In this document: piece by piece, positions 55,366 to 64,000 of the stretch
Position numbering within the stretch: the stretch's first letter is position 1
Layout of the letters: each line of letters starts with the position of its first letter
Virus record (IMG/VR): IMGVR_UViG_3300005611_002069
Span: 1 to 64,000 of that record
Length of the DNA: 64,000 nucleotides
Strand: one strand, 5' to 3'
Origin: a virus
Taxonomy: Duplodnaviria; Caudoviricetes
Program-made: the position numbers and the translations under genes
Notes under the pieces: model-generated
Told to the model about the DNA's origin: nothing
Seen by the model: the letters and a program-made list of their open reading frames with translations, nothing else
Databases searched by the model: none

Positions 55366-56345
55366 GACATTTTTCCCCCTGCATTAAATTTTATGGTTTC
55401 CCCTGTCTCTAAGTTTTCTTCAATCTTCTCTCTACTACTAAGTAGTTTACCACACTGCGCCTTACAAAGAGGAAACGCTCTCTCATATCCTGCTAGATAC
55501 TTAGACAACTTAGTCCAATATTCATAACTCAGTATTTTCTCTAAAGAGTGATTAAAACCATTAAATACTTTTTCATAATCTTTTATGTAATAAAACCTAG
55601 TATTAGTTTCATCATAAAAATGTCCACCAGTCCAACAACACCTAAAAACATTACCATCAGGAGCAATATACCATTTACCCCAATCTTGCCAGCTACAAAT
55701 AATCTTTCGTTCTATGCTCTCAAGATTTATTTTTTTCTTAGCATGAACATATTTTCCACTTTTTGGAGCGCCAAATTCTCTAGAAGTTTTAATAGTAGAA
55801 AAAGTAGTAAAATTTGCATTTACTGCCCTTCTTCTGGCTTCTTCTACTTGATGCTTATTATGTTCAAAGACTATATACTTCCAATGAACTTTTGGTCTTT
55901 TAGTATTAATTACTGCTTTTGCATTATTAAATACTTTTTCATACTCTGTATTAATTCTATAAATATGATGAGTATCTTCTAAACCATCGATATCAAAGTT
56001 TATAATATCTTTTTCAGTTAGTATATTACCAATATCAGTCCAATAGTCTTGATTATGTATCCCACCATTAGTATGGATTAAAACTTTGGTATCATATGAT
56101 TTTACATATGTAAGAATATCTCTAAAATCTTTATTCATTATAGAATCACCAAAGTTTCCGTTAAACATTAGCCACTCTAAGTTTTGTAATAACTCAGGAT
56201 AAAATAACTTTTTAAAGTTTTCTATAGAGATAGTATATTTTTTATCATTAAGATTTATTCTTAAAGGTTTTAGCCTGTGACAAGCAGGACATTTAGCATT
56301 GCATCTAAATGTAATCTCTGTAGTCAGTTGTCTATATTTTTTCAT
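55347..56345 (-). CDS. Radical SAM enzyme with SPASM/Twitch-like C-terminus
   Basis: CNAKCPAC (CxxxCxxC); GNFGD; HTNG; C...IAPDGNVFRCC...CKAQC. Confidence 0.85.
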   Translation of the reverse strand: MKKYRQLTTEITFRCNAKCPACHRLKPLRINLNDKKYTISIENFKKLFYPELLQNLEWLMFNGNFGDSIMNKDFRDILTYVKSYDTKVLIHTNGGIHNQDYWTDIGNILTEKDIINFDIDGLEDTHHIYRINTEYEKVFNNAKAVINTKRPKVHWKYIVFEHNKHQVEEARRRAVNANFTTFSTIKTSREFGAPKSGKYVHAKKKINLESIERKIICSWQDWGKWYIAPDGNVFRCCWTGGHFYDETNTRFYYIKDYEKVFNGFNHSLEKILSYEYWTKLSKYLAGYERAFPLCKAQCGKLLSSREKIEENLETGETIKFNAGGKMSWLTEL

Positions 56346-57715
56346 TAACTAGCGGGTCTTAATCCTACAATTGTTATAGTTAAACCAGCGGGGATAGATG
56401 TTTCAACATCTTTAAACTGTATAGTATCTCCAGGATTATTATAAATATAATCTGTAGTGGGAGCTTGAGTAACACCGTCAATTGACACACTTAACACATT
56501 AGCTATGGCCACTAGAGCTACACCAACTCCGTAAGTATTTGAATCTGCTATACTAGTAACCACGTTAGTGTGCGGAGCTAATAAAGTAGCTCCTCCAGTT
56601 ATAGCAGCAACGTTATCTTGTACTATGTTAATGTTGGCAGTTGTAGAGTTTAGGTTTGAATTAAGTCTTGTAAAAGTAACAAAATCATTAGAAGCTGAGT
56701 CAGTAATTGCAATCTTAGAATCAATTTGTGTTTGTAGTGCAGAAGTTACCCCATCAAGGTGCCCAAGCTCAGTAGAAGTAACAGCGCTAACTTCTATCTT
56801 ACCTCCAGAACCAGCTATCAAGGCTCTTGAAGCTGTTAGGTTAGTATTAAATACAGTGCTTATTGCCCCAGATCTATTATCAGTTATGGCGGTAGATAAA
56901 TCTGTTCCATCAAATTTAACACTTGCAGCAGTTAATATGCCAACATCTAAATTAGATTGTGTTACAGGTGATAATGCAGTATTAGAAAGAGGATCCTTAG
57001 TATCAGCTAGTTTAAAAGTAGTAGCACTCTCATCGTAAAAAATTGCTGCATTTCCTTGGTTACCTCTATTAAATAATAAGCCAACATCTAAAGTAGGGCT
57101 GCCAGTAGCACCTGATGCTAACATTATCATTCTATCTGCTACTGTGAGATCTGTTGTATCAACTGTGGTAGTTGTTCCGCTTACGGTTAAATTACCAGTG
57201 ATTACAAGATCATCATTCATATTAACTTGATCTGTGAATGTAGCTGAAGTTAAATTTGCAGCTCTTCTTGCTTCAAGTGCGTCTATCTGTGTTTGAACGG
57301 CAGAAGTAACTCCATCTAGATGTCCTAATTCTGTAGAGGTAATAACACTAACTTCAACTTTTCCACCAGTGCCTGCAATTAATGCTCTTGATGCAGTTAG
57401 GTCAGCTGTAGTAATAGTGCTTACAGCACCAGCAATATTAGCTGCTCTTCTAGTTTCTATCGCCGTATCTTCTGCAGTTAATAGAGTATTATTTGCTGAA
57501 CGTCTAGTTTCAACAGCGGCCACATTATCCTGTACTATATCAACATTAGCATTAATTCTAACCTCAACTGCTGCAGCATTAGCTCCTGCATCTAACTGAG
57601 CCGCAGTAATAGTACCGTCTGCTATATGTCTACCTTCAACACTATTGTTTGCTAATAAAGAAGAGTTTATTAAATTACTAGCAACAACAGATCTACTTAT
57701 TCGTGTAAGTGCCAT
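56345..57715 (-). CDS. Tail fibre-like protein
   Basis: Thr/Ala/Ser-rich with coiled-coil segments and a duplicated ~50-aa module; located in the tail module. Confidence 0.7.
   Translation of the reverse strand: MALTRISRSVVASNLINSSLLANNSVEGRHIADGTITAAQLDAGANAAAVEVRINANVDIVQDNVAAVETRRSANNTLLTAEDTAIETRRAANIAGAVSTITTADLTASRALIAGTGGKVEVSVITSTELGHLDGVTSAVQTQIDALEARRAANLTSATFTDQVNMNDDLVITGNLTVSGTTTTVDTTDLTVADRMIMLASGATGSPTLDVGLLFNRGNQGNAAIFYDESATTFKLADTKDPLSNTALSPVTQSNLDVGILTAASVKFDGTDLSTAITDNRSGAISTVFNTNLTASRALIAGSGGKIEVSAVTSTELGHLDGVTSALQTQIDSKIAITDSASNDFVTFTRLNSNLNSTTANINIVQDNVAAITGGATLLAPHTNVVTSIADSNTYGVGVALVAIANVLSVSIDGVTQAPTTDYIYNNPGDTIQFKDVETSIPAGLTITIVGLRPAS
56720..57430 (-). repeat. Two copies of a ~150-bp (50-aa) module at 57281-57430 and 56720-56869
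   Basis: GAVST...LTASRALIAG(T/S)GGK(V/I)EVS..TSTELGHLDGVTSA(V/L)QTQID occurs twice. Confidence 0.85.
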
Positions 57716-57718
57716 ATC

Positions 57719-58186
57719 TTACTCCTTTTTATCGGGTTCCACTTCATCAATTTCAGCAAAAAACTCTTCTAAGAAATCTCTTTTCTCTAAAGGTTTTTCA
57801 TCCTCATCATCAAAAAATTCTTTAATAAAAGATTCAACCTGCTCATCAACAGATGGGGGAGCATTAAGATAATCAAACTCATTGTCTACGCAAGCTCGTT
57901 TTATAATTTCCATACACCATTTTTGATCTTCTTCATTGAGCATTTCTCTTTGTCCATCAATCCATTGAATCTCAGTATGAGGATTTTGTGATCCTGATTT
58001 TTCATAGTATATTCCTACAATATCTCCCGCTACCATTTCCTTTACTTTTGGAACAACCTCTGCCATTTTATCTAAACTAAATGACTTTAATTTTAAAGGA
58101 CCTTTTCCATCTTTAGTAATTTCTCTGAACTCGCAGAATACATTATCTGCATGAAGTTCGTCTATATGCATTTTATAATAAGACAT
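57719..58186 (-). CDS. Hypothetical protein, possible tail-fibre chaperone
   Basis: GGAG RBS; acidic C-terminus; lies between two fibre genes. Confidence 0.55.
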   Translation of the reverse strand: MSYYKMHIDELHADNVFCEFREITKDGKGPLKLKSFSLDKMAEVVPKVKEMVAGDIVGIYYEKSGSQNPHTEIQWIDGQREMLNEEDQKWCMEIIKRACVDNEFDYLNAPPSVDEQVESFIKEFFDDEDEKPLEKRDFLEEFFAEIDEVEPDKKE

Positions 58187-58194
58187 TCTATCTC

Positions 58195-59424
58195 CTATGT
58201 TTTTATAATAAATTTAACGCCTTGAAAGGCTTGTGTGACTGTGATACCACCAGTAGAACCACTCACACTAGTTACAACTGTTGAACTACCAGCGTCTTTT
58301 GAAGCTGTAGCCACTGATGATGTACCAACACTTAAACTTAATGCTCCTCCTGATGCTGTTAAAACTCCTGAAGAGCCTATTGTAGTGCCAGAGGGTGAAT
58401 AACCAACATTAGTTGCTTTACCTGCCGCTACTCTATCGCTAAAATTAGGCAAAGTAAAAGTGCTACTACCATCCCCAGCTCCAAAATTTGTACCTATTAC
58501 TGCAAATAAAGCTGCATATGTAGTTCTACTTACAGTTCCTCCTTCACAACCTAACCAACCAGCAGGGGCTGAGTCTGCTCCGTACATAATTATTGTACCA
58601 GGAGGCATTAATGGTGCTACATCTGTAGCTGTATTCATTATGGTTGCTTGAGAAAGCACTCTAGCAGCAACATTACCGTAAGTTTTACCGTCTTGTGTGA
58701 GGATATTTAATCCATCTTTTCCTGCACCAGCAATCGCACCACTAGTTGTTCCATAATGAACAATAGAGGTATTAGCACTGTTAATAGTTCCAAGTGCAAT
58801 CGCAGTTGGATTATTAGCTATGGCAGAAACTTTGATTTGAGCATTTGCCCCAGCTAAGCCTTTTGTACTATTAAAAGCAAAGTTAAGTCTATCACCTGTT
58901 ATACCAGTTGTTGTACTAGTGGTTGCTTCAATCATTGCATTAGTAACGGAACCATTTAAAGGTGGTATACCGATATCAACAAAATCAGTGGCGGTATCAG
59001 TATTAGCTTTTTTTAGATAGAGTCTAGCATTAGCAGACAATCCTCCAGCGGAACTAACAGTAGCAGCAAGCTCTCCTATCTCATAATGAGAGACATTAGA
59101 CATCATAGACACAATGCCGTTCTCAAGTCTATGCCCAATTCCTACTCGTGTAAAACCTGTGCCAACCGTTTGTGTTTTAATATGGTTTGCGTCAGCTACG
59201 AAAAAGGCAGTTACATTTGCATTTGAGTGTCTATAAAGTAAGCCAGTTTCAGGAGCTTGAGCTGTACCAGATCTAACAATATTACTACCTGATAATGAAG
59301 GCGCAGCTGCTCCCGCAAAATTGGTCAGCAAAGACCTAAGAGCATTATTGAACTGAGTTCGTGCAGTACTAATACTAGTTGCTGCAGTAGGTTCAACAAA
59401 GGTGTTTGAGTCTAGTAATGTCAT
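58195..59424 (-). CDS. Tail-collar-domain protein
   Basis: PPGTIIMYGADSAPAGWLGCEGGTVSRTTYAALFAVIGTNFGAGDGSSTFTLPN. Confidence 0.85.
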   Translation of the reverse strand: MTLLDSNTFVEPTAATSISTARTQFNNALRSLLTNFAGAAAPSLSGSNIVRSGTAQAPETGLLYRHSNANVTAFFVADANHIKTQTVGTGFTRVGIGHRLENGIVSMMSNVSHYEIGELAATVSSAGGLSANARLYLKKANTDTATDFVDIGIPPLNGSVTNAMIEATTSTTTGITGDRLNFAFNSTKGLAGANAQIKVSAIANNPTAIALGTINSANTSIVHYGTTSGAIAGAGKDGLNILTQDGKTYGNVAARVLSQATIMNTATDVAPLMPPGTIIMYGADSAPAGWLGCEGGTVSRTTYAALFAVIGTNFGAGDGSSTFTLPNFSDRVAAGKATNVGYSPSGTTIGSSGVLTASGGALSLSVGTSSVATASKDAGSSTVVTSVSGSTGGITVTQAFQGVKFIIKT

Positions 59425-59425
59425 T

Positions 59426-62400
59426 TTATATTCCCGTTGCTGTCAATGCGACTGATATTGCACCATCAGCAGGTGCTACCGCATCAGCTCCAATATCAAA
59501 TACTCTATACGCCACATGATCTTTAGTAACCTCAACAGTAAGTACAACAGCTGCATTGGCAAAATTTATCGGCTGTAAAGATACAGTCGGTGTTAAACCA
59601 AAATTTGCAGATGTCATATCAACAAACTGCGTAGCATTACTAAAAGTTGATGTATCAGTAAAAGTTGTTGTAGTCTTCTCTATACTAACTCTAAATTTAT
59701 CGAGTGTAAAGTCAAATTCATTTGGAGATGAGTTGAGTACCACAAATTTTAATTGATAAAATCTAAACTGACGGGATCCAACCTCGTAAGGTAAAAAACC
59801 ATCATTAATCGAAGAAGAAGTAAAAGCACTTACATTAACGTTTCCATTTGATACTCCTGCACCTGTGTAAAATAATACATCAGGATCTGCGCTAGAGGTC
59901 CTTATGAAAGTTTGTTGAGTTATCGCTGTAGCGGAACCAGCAAAAGTTGTGGAGGCTTCGTCTTGATACTGTCTTAAGTTAACTAGTTTATAATTATTAA
60001 CTCCACTATTTGCCGTAGTAACGTTAGCAAAGGCATTACCTCCAGTAGAATCTCCATTTGCATGAAAAGTTTCCCCTAGTTCAATCTCATTCGCATTGAT
60101 GGCACCAGCTATAAAAGCCATAGCATTAGCATTTGCTCTGTCACCTTGGTCTAATACTCCTCCACTTACATAAGTACTAAAACCACTAGAGTTTAAACCA
60201 GTGCTTCCTCCTGAATCAGTGAATATATTTAATGTTGTTGCATTAACTCTAGTTGCGTATACTTCTCTTTCATTAATCTCAGTCATGCCACTAACACCAT
60301 GAATTATAATACGCTCAGTTCCAGTAATTCCATGCTCAGAGCCAGAAGTTGTAATCACAGCAGGGTTAGCTTTTGTTATAGCTTGAATCGAAATAACATT
60401 ACCAGTATATTGTCCAGGATTTACGATTGCATACACATTTTGTGATGTCGTTGAATCGACAAGTGTTTCATTATTTGTATCAAAACTGAAAGATAAAGTT
60501 GTATTACTGAAACCTAATACAGTGCCTAAGCCTCCAAAGTTAGTTTCTCTTAACACATTGTCTTTAGGACTACTTTGTACCTCTGTGGCTCCAGTTAGTA
60601 TGTCGTCTGTAAAATCATTAAAAGTAGTTTTAGCAGCTGATGTACCTTGTATATCAGCCTGTACAGATCCTGTAATAACTGCACCCATGTCTCTAATTGG
60701 AGTAATATATGTCGCATCACCACCAGCAGTTAAATCAGAGACGGCTAAGCCAGCATTGTACGACCACCCAGTAGCAGAGGCATTAGCATTATCTGCAGCA
60801 GTTGAAGGAGTAGCAGCAACGTTAAGTCCTCCCGAATTAGTGTCAGTAACACTAACAAAAGCTGCTTCAGAAGCATTTTCATTGGCTATACCAGCAAATT
60901 GAACAGAAGGGCTATCAGTATTAAACGCTTTAAATACCGTTTTTCCTCCTGGTCTAAATGTTGTTAAAGTAGTAATAGCAATGTCATCACTAAAATTTCC
61001 TGAGGTATCACGAGTTTTTGCAAGATATGTAAAATCACCAAAAGCATCAATAGGACTAGATTTACGAGATACACCTGCTGCAACTGTTAAAAAAGGATTG
61101 GCTGCGTTAAAATTCTCTTCAGTTGCCGTGCGAATACCTCCTATACGTCTTATCACTACTTCTTTTAAATCTAAATCAACTAGATCACCTGTTGCTTGAC
61201 GTGGGTATTGCCAAAATAAGGTAAGTTGTTCTTCAGATTGTCCAGCACCAAAATCAGTAATATTTTGTGGTTTAGCTGTTTTTCCTATTATAAGTTTTTC
61301 TGCTGTTGCAGTTATTCCTCTTATATTTTTATTAAGAGGTGTGATTCTTACAAATAAAGTTATTGTGCTTCCTACAACGCCTCTATCAATATTATTTATG
61401 ACATGAGTAATTTGTCCTGCATCATCAACATTATTAGCAGGAACTTTAACTGTAGAAAAACTACTTAAATCTGTATTATCTGTATTATTAGTACGATATG
61501 AAATTTCATAATCAGTTACTTCTTGATTAACTACGTGATTAAATTTGATTATAGCACGTGTAGCAACACCACCTAATTGTTCTACATATAAACCTTCAGT
61601 AATTGAAATATTTTGAACCTTTTGAATAGGTATCTCTCCAATAGAAACACTCTTTGTTACACTAGGGCTGAATCTTCCTGTAAGGTTTCTATTCCTAGCT
61701 TTTACAGTAGTAGTGCCTATAGGTATATCTCTTATAATTCTATCTTTTGCTAAAAAAGTTTTTTCAAACTCACCACCAACATTCAGTTGATATATTTGAT
61801 TATTAGCTAATCTAAAATTACCAGGATAAGTTCCTCTATCATAGTCGAGAGTAAAAGTTTTATCTCCAGTATTCACATTACCTATAGCTCCGACAGGGTC
61901 TTGAGCAAGGTTAACCATAGTTACGCCAGTAAGATTAGCTACTGGCGTAGTCAATAATTCTACCTGATAAATATTATTAGCGGTCATTTCAGCATTGTAA
62001 GTTGGGCTAGCAGGGTCATAACTAGTGTTTGCCACAGTAAAAATATTCTGAGTTTCAAACTGCACATTATCACCTATCTCAATAGCTGGTACAGTATAAT
62101 GATCTATTTCTACTCTTATTTGACTTTCATCACTCGCTGCGGTAACTTGTATAGTAGCAGGTGTTGATACTCTATCTAGTGTGAAGTTCTGAGTTTCAAT
62201 ATTATCTAAAAATACTCTTACAAAAGCTGCATCTCTAGGAGTAATTGGTAAAGGCTCTGTATGGGTGCTTCCTCCTACAAAAGCATTTTCTTGGGTGTAA
62301 GTAAATTCTGAACCACCGACATAAAAGTTTGCTCTACTATTAAAATATCTCGAATCCAATATTTGAAATATCTCAATATAAAATGGAGTATTAAGCAATT

Positions 62401-64000
62401 TACTACCAAGATCAACGCCATTTGTAATAGGATTATCAATATAAATAAAGTTATTTGGTCTATCAGCAAAACGTATATTAGCAGATAAACCAGTTAATTC
62501 TGGCCCAGCAGCTACAAAGTTTCTTGATCCTCCTGTTTGTTGTACAGAAATCGGTACAGTTACAGCATCGTGTCCTTTTAGTCCTTGGAAAATACCATCT
62601 GCTAACCCATCATTTACATCTAAAAGAAACTTAGGCTCACCACTTGCAATAAAATTATAATCAGTAAGAACATTCATACCTTCAACTTGTAATCTTAAAT
62701 TATCAACTGCACTTGTTCCATGAGTAGCACCTGAAATTACAGAATTACATAATAACCTAATTTTACCTGTTAAACTATCAAACCCGTTTTTACCGATTAA
62801 TGCAGCAGGACCGTCGCCATCTTCTATAGCAGTAATATCAGAGGCGTTAAATTTTATAGTGCTTCCGTCATCACTAACTAATGAGGGTATTAGTTGAGAT
62901 TCGTCTGGAAGAGAAATAAAATACTCTGTCTCAAACTGGATACCATAATTCTGACTTTCAGTAAAATTTTCTACAATTAAATCAACCCTCACTGACCCAT
63001 CTTGCTCTCTAGTAGGTACTGAACGTAAACTAAAGACAGGAGCAGGAGGTGCGATTAATGGTGATTTAGTATCTAAATATGCTGTTGGGGTATAATCAAT
63101 AAAAGTATCTGAATCTACGTATATATTAGATACATACTCTATAGCTGATACTGTTACTTCTTCTTCTTTTGGGTCACGTGAAAGTGAAGTGATTTTAAAT
63201 AGTTTATCTGTTTTATTTGTGTAAAACTGGTCTGGGTTATCCCATTCTCCAAAGCTCCACAAATCTCCTCTTTTTGGTAGATTATTAGAAGTAAATTGGT
63301 TAAAATTCACTAGAGTTTTAGTAATCGGATCATATCGTTTATCTATTCTAACTTCAATTAAATCTGCGCCTGCACTAACATTACCTGTACTATTAACTGC
63401 AAATAAGGTATTTGAAAGAATATATAAATCAATTCTATCTCCATCAAGTTGTATAACTCTTAAAGCTAATGGTGAAGTATTACCTGTAAAATCTGTAGCA
63501 GCAATAGTAGGGACAGTTAAATGCTCTAACATTAAATTAGAACCTAGGCTTAAGGTTGTGTTGGCGTCTCTAGCAATCTTACCTCCATAACCAAAAGCAA
63601 CACCAATCTGTCTTTGGGCTAAAGATATGACATCACCAGGAGCGAGTGCTAAAGCATCTGTAGAAGTAATAAAGTCAACTTTTCGTCTTTGAAATCTAGA
63701 AGCAGCTATTTGGTATTGTGCATATCTAAGAGCTTGAGACCGTCTAGTAACTCCAAATAAATCAAGAGAAGCAATATTTTCAATTATACTACGATCTGTA
63801 CCATCATTAGCATCAACAGTGTCTATTCTTACTGTTTCCCTTTTAAAATGATTTGTTGGGTCAACGTATGATACGTCTACACCAGTAAAAATCTCGCTCT
63901 CTTTAACTCCAGAGATGTTTAGGGAGCCTGTTTTAATATTTGTCTCATTAAAAAGCGCAACTGGTGTTTCGTCAGGTAAGTCAACAGCTAAAGTAATCTT
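59426..64000 (-). CDS. Tip attachment/host-specificity protein J-like (central fibre), 5' end beyond window
   Basis: Frame stays open upstream of the track's 63532 start (…ALAPGDVISL…YGGKI…); Fn3-like segments; KARNRN..GRFS. Confidence 0.8.
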   Translation of the reverse strand, partial: KITLAVDLPDETPVALFNETNIKTGSLNISGVKESEIFTGVDVSYVDPTNHFKRETVRIDTVDANDGTDRSIIENIASLDLFGVTRRSQALRYAQYQIAASRFQRRKVDFITSTDALALAPGDVISLAQRQIGVAFGYGGKIARDANTTLSLGSNLMLEHLTVPTIAATDFTGNTSPLALRVIQLDGDRIDLYILSNTLFAVNSTGNVSAGADLIEVRIDKRYDPITKTLVNFNQFTSNNLPKRGDLWSFGEWDNPDQFYTNKTDKLFKITSLSRDPKEEEVTVSAIEYVSNIYVDSDTFIDYTPTAYLDTKSPLIAPPAPVFSLRSVPTREQDGSVRVDLIVENFTESQNYGIQFETEYFISLPDESQLIPSLVSDDGSTIKFNASDITAIEDGDGPAALIGKNGFDSLTGKIRLLCNSVISGATHGTSAVDNLRLQVEGMNVLTDYNFIASGEPKFLLDVNDGLADGIFQGLKGHDAVTVPISVQQTGGSRNFVAAGPELTGLSANIRFADRPNNFIYIDNPITNGVDLGSKLLNTPFYIEIFQILDSRYFNSRANFYVGGSEFTYTQENAFVGGSTHTEPLPITPRDAAFVRVFLDNIETQNFTLDRVSTPATIQVTAASDESQIRVEIDHYTVPAIEIGDNVQFETQNIFTVANTSYDPASPTYNAEMTANNIYQVELLTTPVANLTGVTMVNLAQDPVGAIGNVNTGDKTFTLDYDRGTYPGNFRLANNQIYQLNVGGEFEKTFLAKDRIIRDIPIGTTTVKARNRNLTGRFSPSVTKSVSIGEIPIQKVQNISITEGLYVEQLGGVATRAIIKFNHVVNQEVTDYEISYRTNNTDNTDLSSFSTVKVPANNVDDAGQITHVINNIDRGVVGSTITLFVRITPLNKNIRGITATAEKLIIGKTAKPQNITDFGAGQSEEQLTLFWQYPRQATGDLVDLDLKEVVIRRIGGIRTATEENFNAANPFLTVAAGVSRKSSPIDAFGDFTYLAKTRDTSGNFSDDIAITTLTTFRPGGKTVFKAFNTDSPSVQFAGIANENASEAAFVSVTDTNSGGLNVAATPSTAADNANASATGWSYNAGLAVSDLTAGGDATYITPIRDMGAVITGSVQADIQGTSAAKTTFNDFTDDILTGATEVQSSPKDNVLRETNFGGLGTVLGFSNTTLSFSFDTNNETLVDSTTSQNVYAIVNPGQYTGNVISIQAITKANPAVITTSGSEHGITGTERIIIHGVSGMTEINEREVYATRVNATTLNIFTDSGGSTGLNSSGFSTYVSGGVLDQGDRANANAMAFIAGAINANEIELGETFHANGDSTGGNAFANVTTANSGVNNYKLVNLRQYQDEASTTFAGSATAITQQTFIRTSSADPDVLFYTGAGVSNGNVNVSAFTSSSINDGFLPYEVGSRQFRFYQLKFVVLNSSPNEFDFTLDKFRVSIEKTTTTFTDTSTFSNATQFVDMTSANFGLTPTVSLQPINFANAAVVLTVEVTKDHVAYRVFDIGADAVAPADGAISVALTATGI

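Noticed and set aside
54013-60902. + strand ORFs opposite tail and virion genes (54013, 54540, 56568, 57369, 60522)
   Set aside because: Antisense read-outs of Ala/Thr/Gly-rich or NG-repeat coding sequence.
1-64000. Alternative genetic code, inteins, introns, integrase, reverse transcriptase or CRISPR array
   Set aside because: The standard code gives near-complete gene tiling; polymerase, helicase and RNR are uninterrupted; no such motifs or arrays were seen.

Overview
AT-rich (roughly 30% GC by eye), gene-dense segment of a large tailed dsDNA phage with a T5-like (Demerecviridae-like) backbone. The + strand (1-53059) carries, in T5 order: PC4-like protein, NAD ligase, D5, DnaB-like helicase, primase, family A DNA polymerase, D10 helicase, D11, D12, D13, D14, D15 and a dUTPase fold. 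The - strand (53003-64000) carries virion genes: tip attachment protein J, tail-collar protein, tail fibre and small basic proteins. Accessory genes are numerous and include bS21, a circularly permuted alphaproteobacterial-type tmRNA (pointing to an alphaproteobacterial host), an ~11 kb nucleotide-sugar/glycosyltransferase island, six 2OG-Fe(II)/cupin oxygenases, IscA, ThyX, D-amino acid dehydrogenase, two radical SAM enzymes, NrdA plus Grx-NrdB, MazG-like, PhoH, a StrB1-like amidinotransferase cluster and a nicotianamine-synthase-like gene. The most striking observation is that the tmRNA intervening segment (217 nt) holds a 76-aa ORF whose stop codon lies inside the mature tmRNA. Normal tmRNA maturation would therefore turn it into a non-stop mRNA, a possible ArfA-like sensor of trans-translation. 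Other highlights are a degenerate pseudo-dUTPase beside a DR2231-type MazG, a PLP-enzyme/amidinotransferase cassette, and a GC-rich structured element with GNA-triloop hairpins. All family assignments come from motif recognition only; no searches were run.
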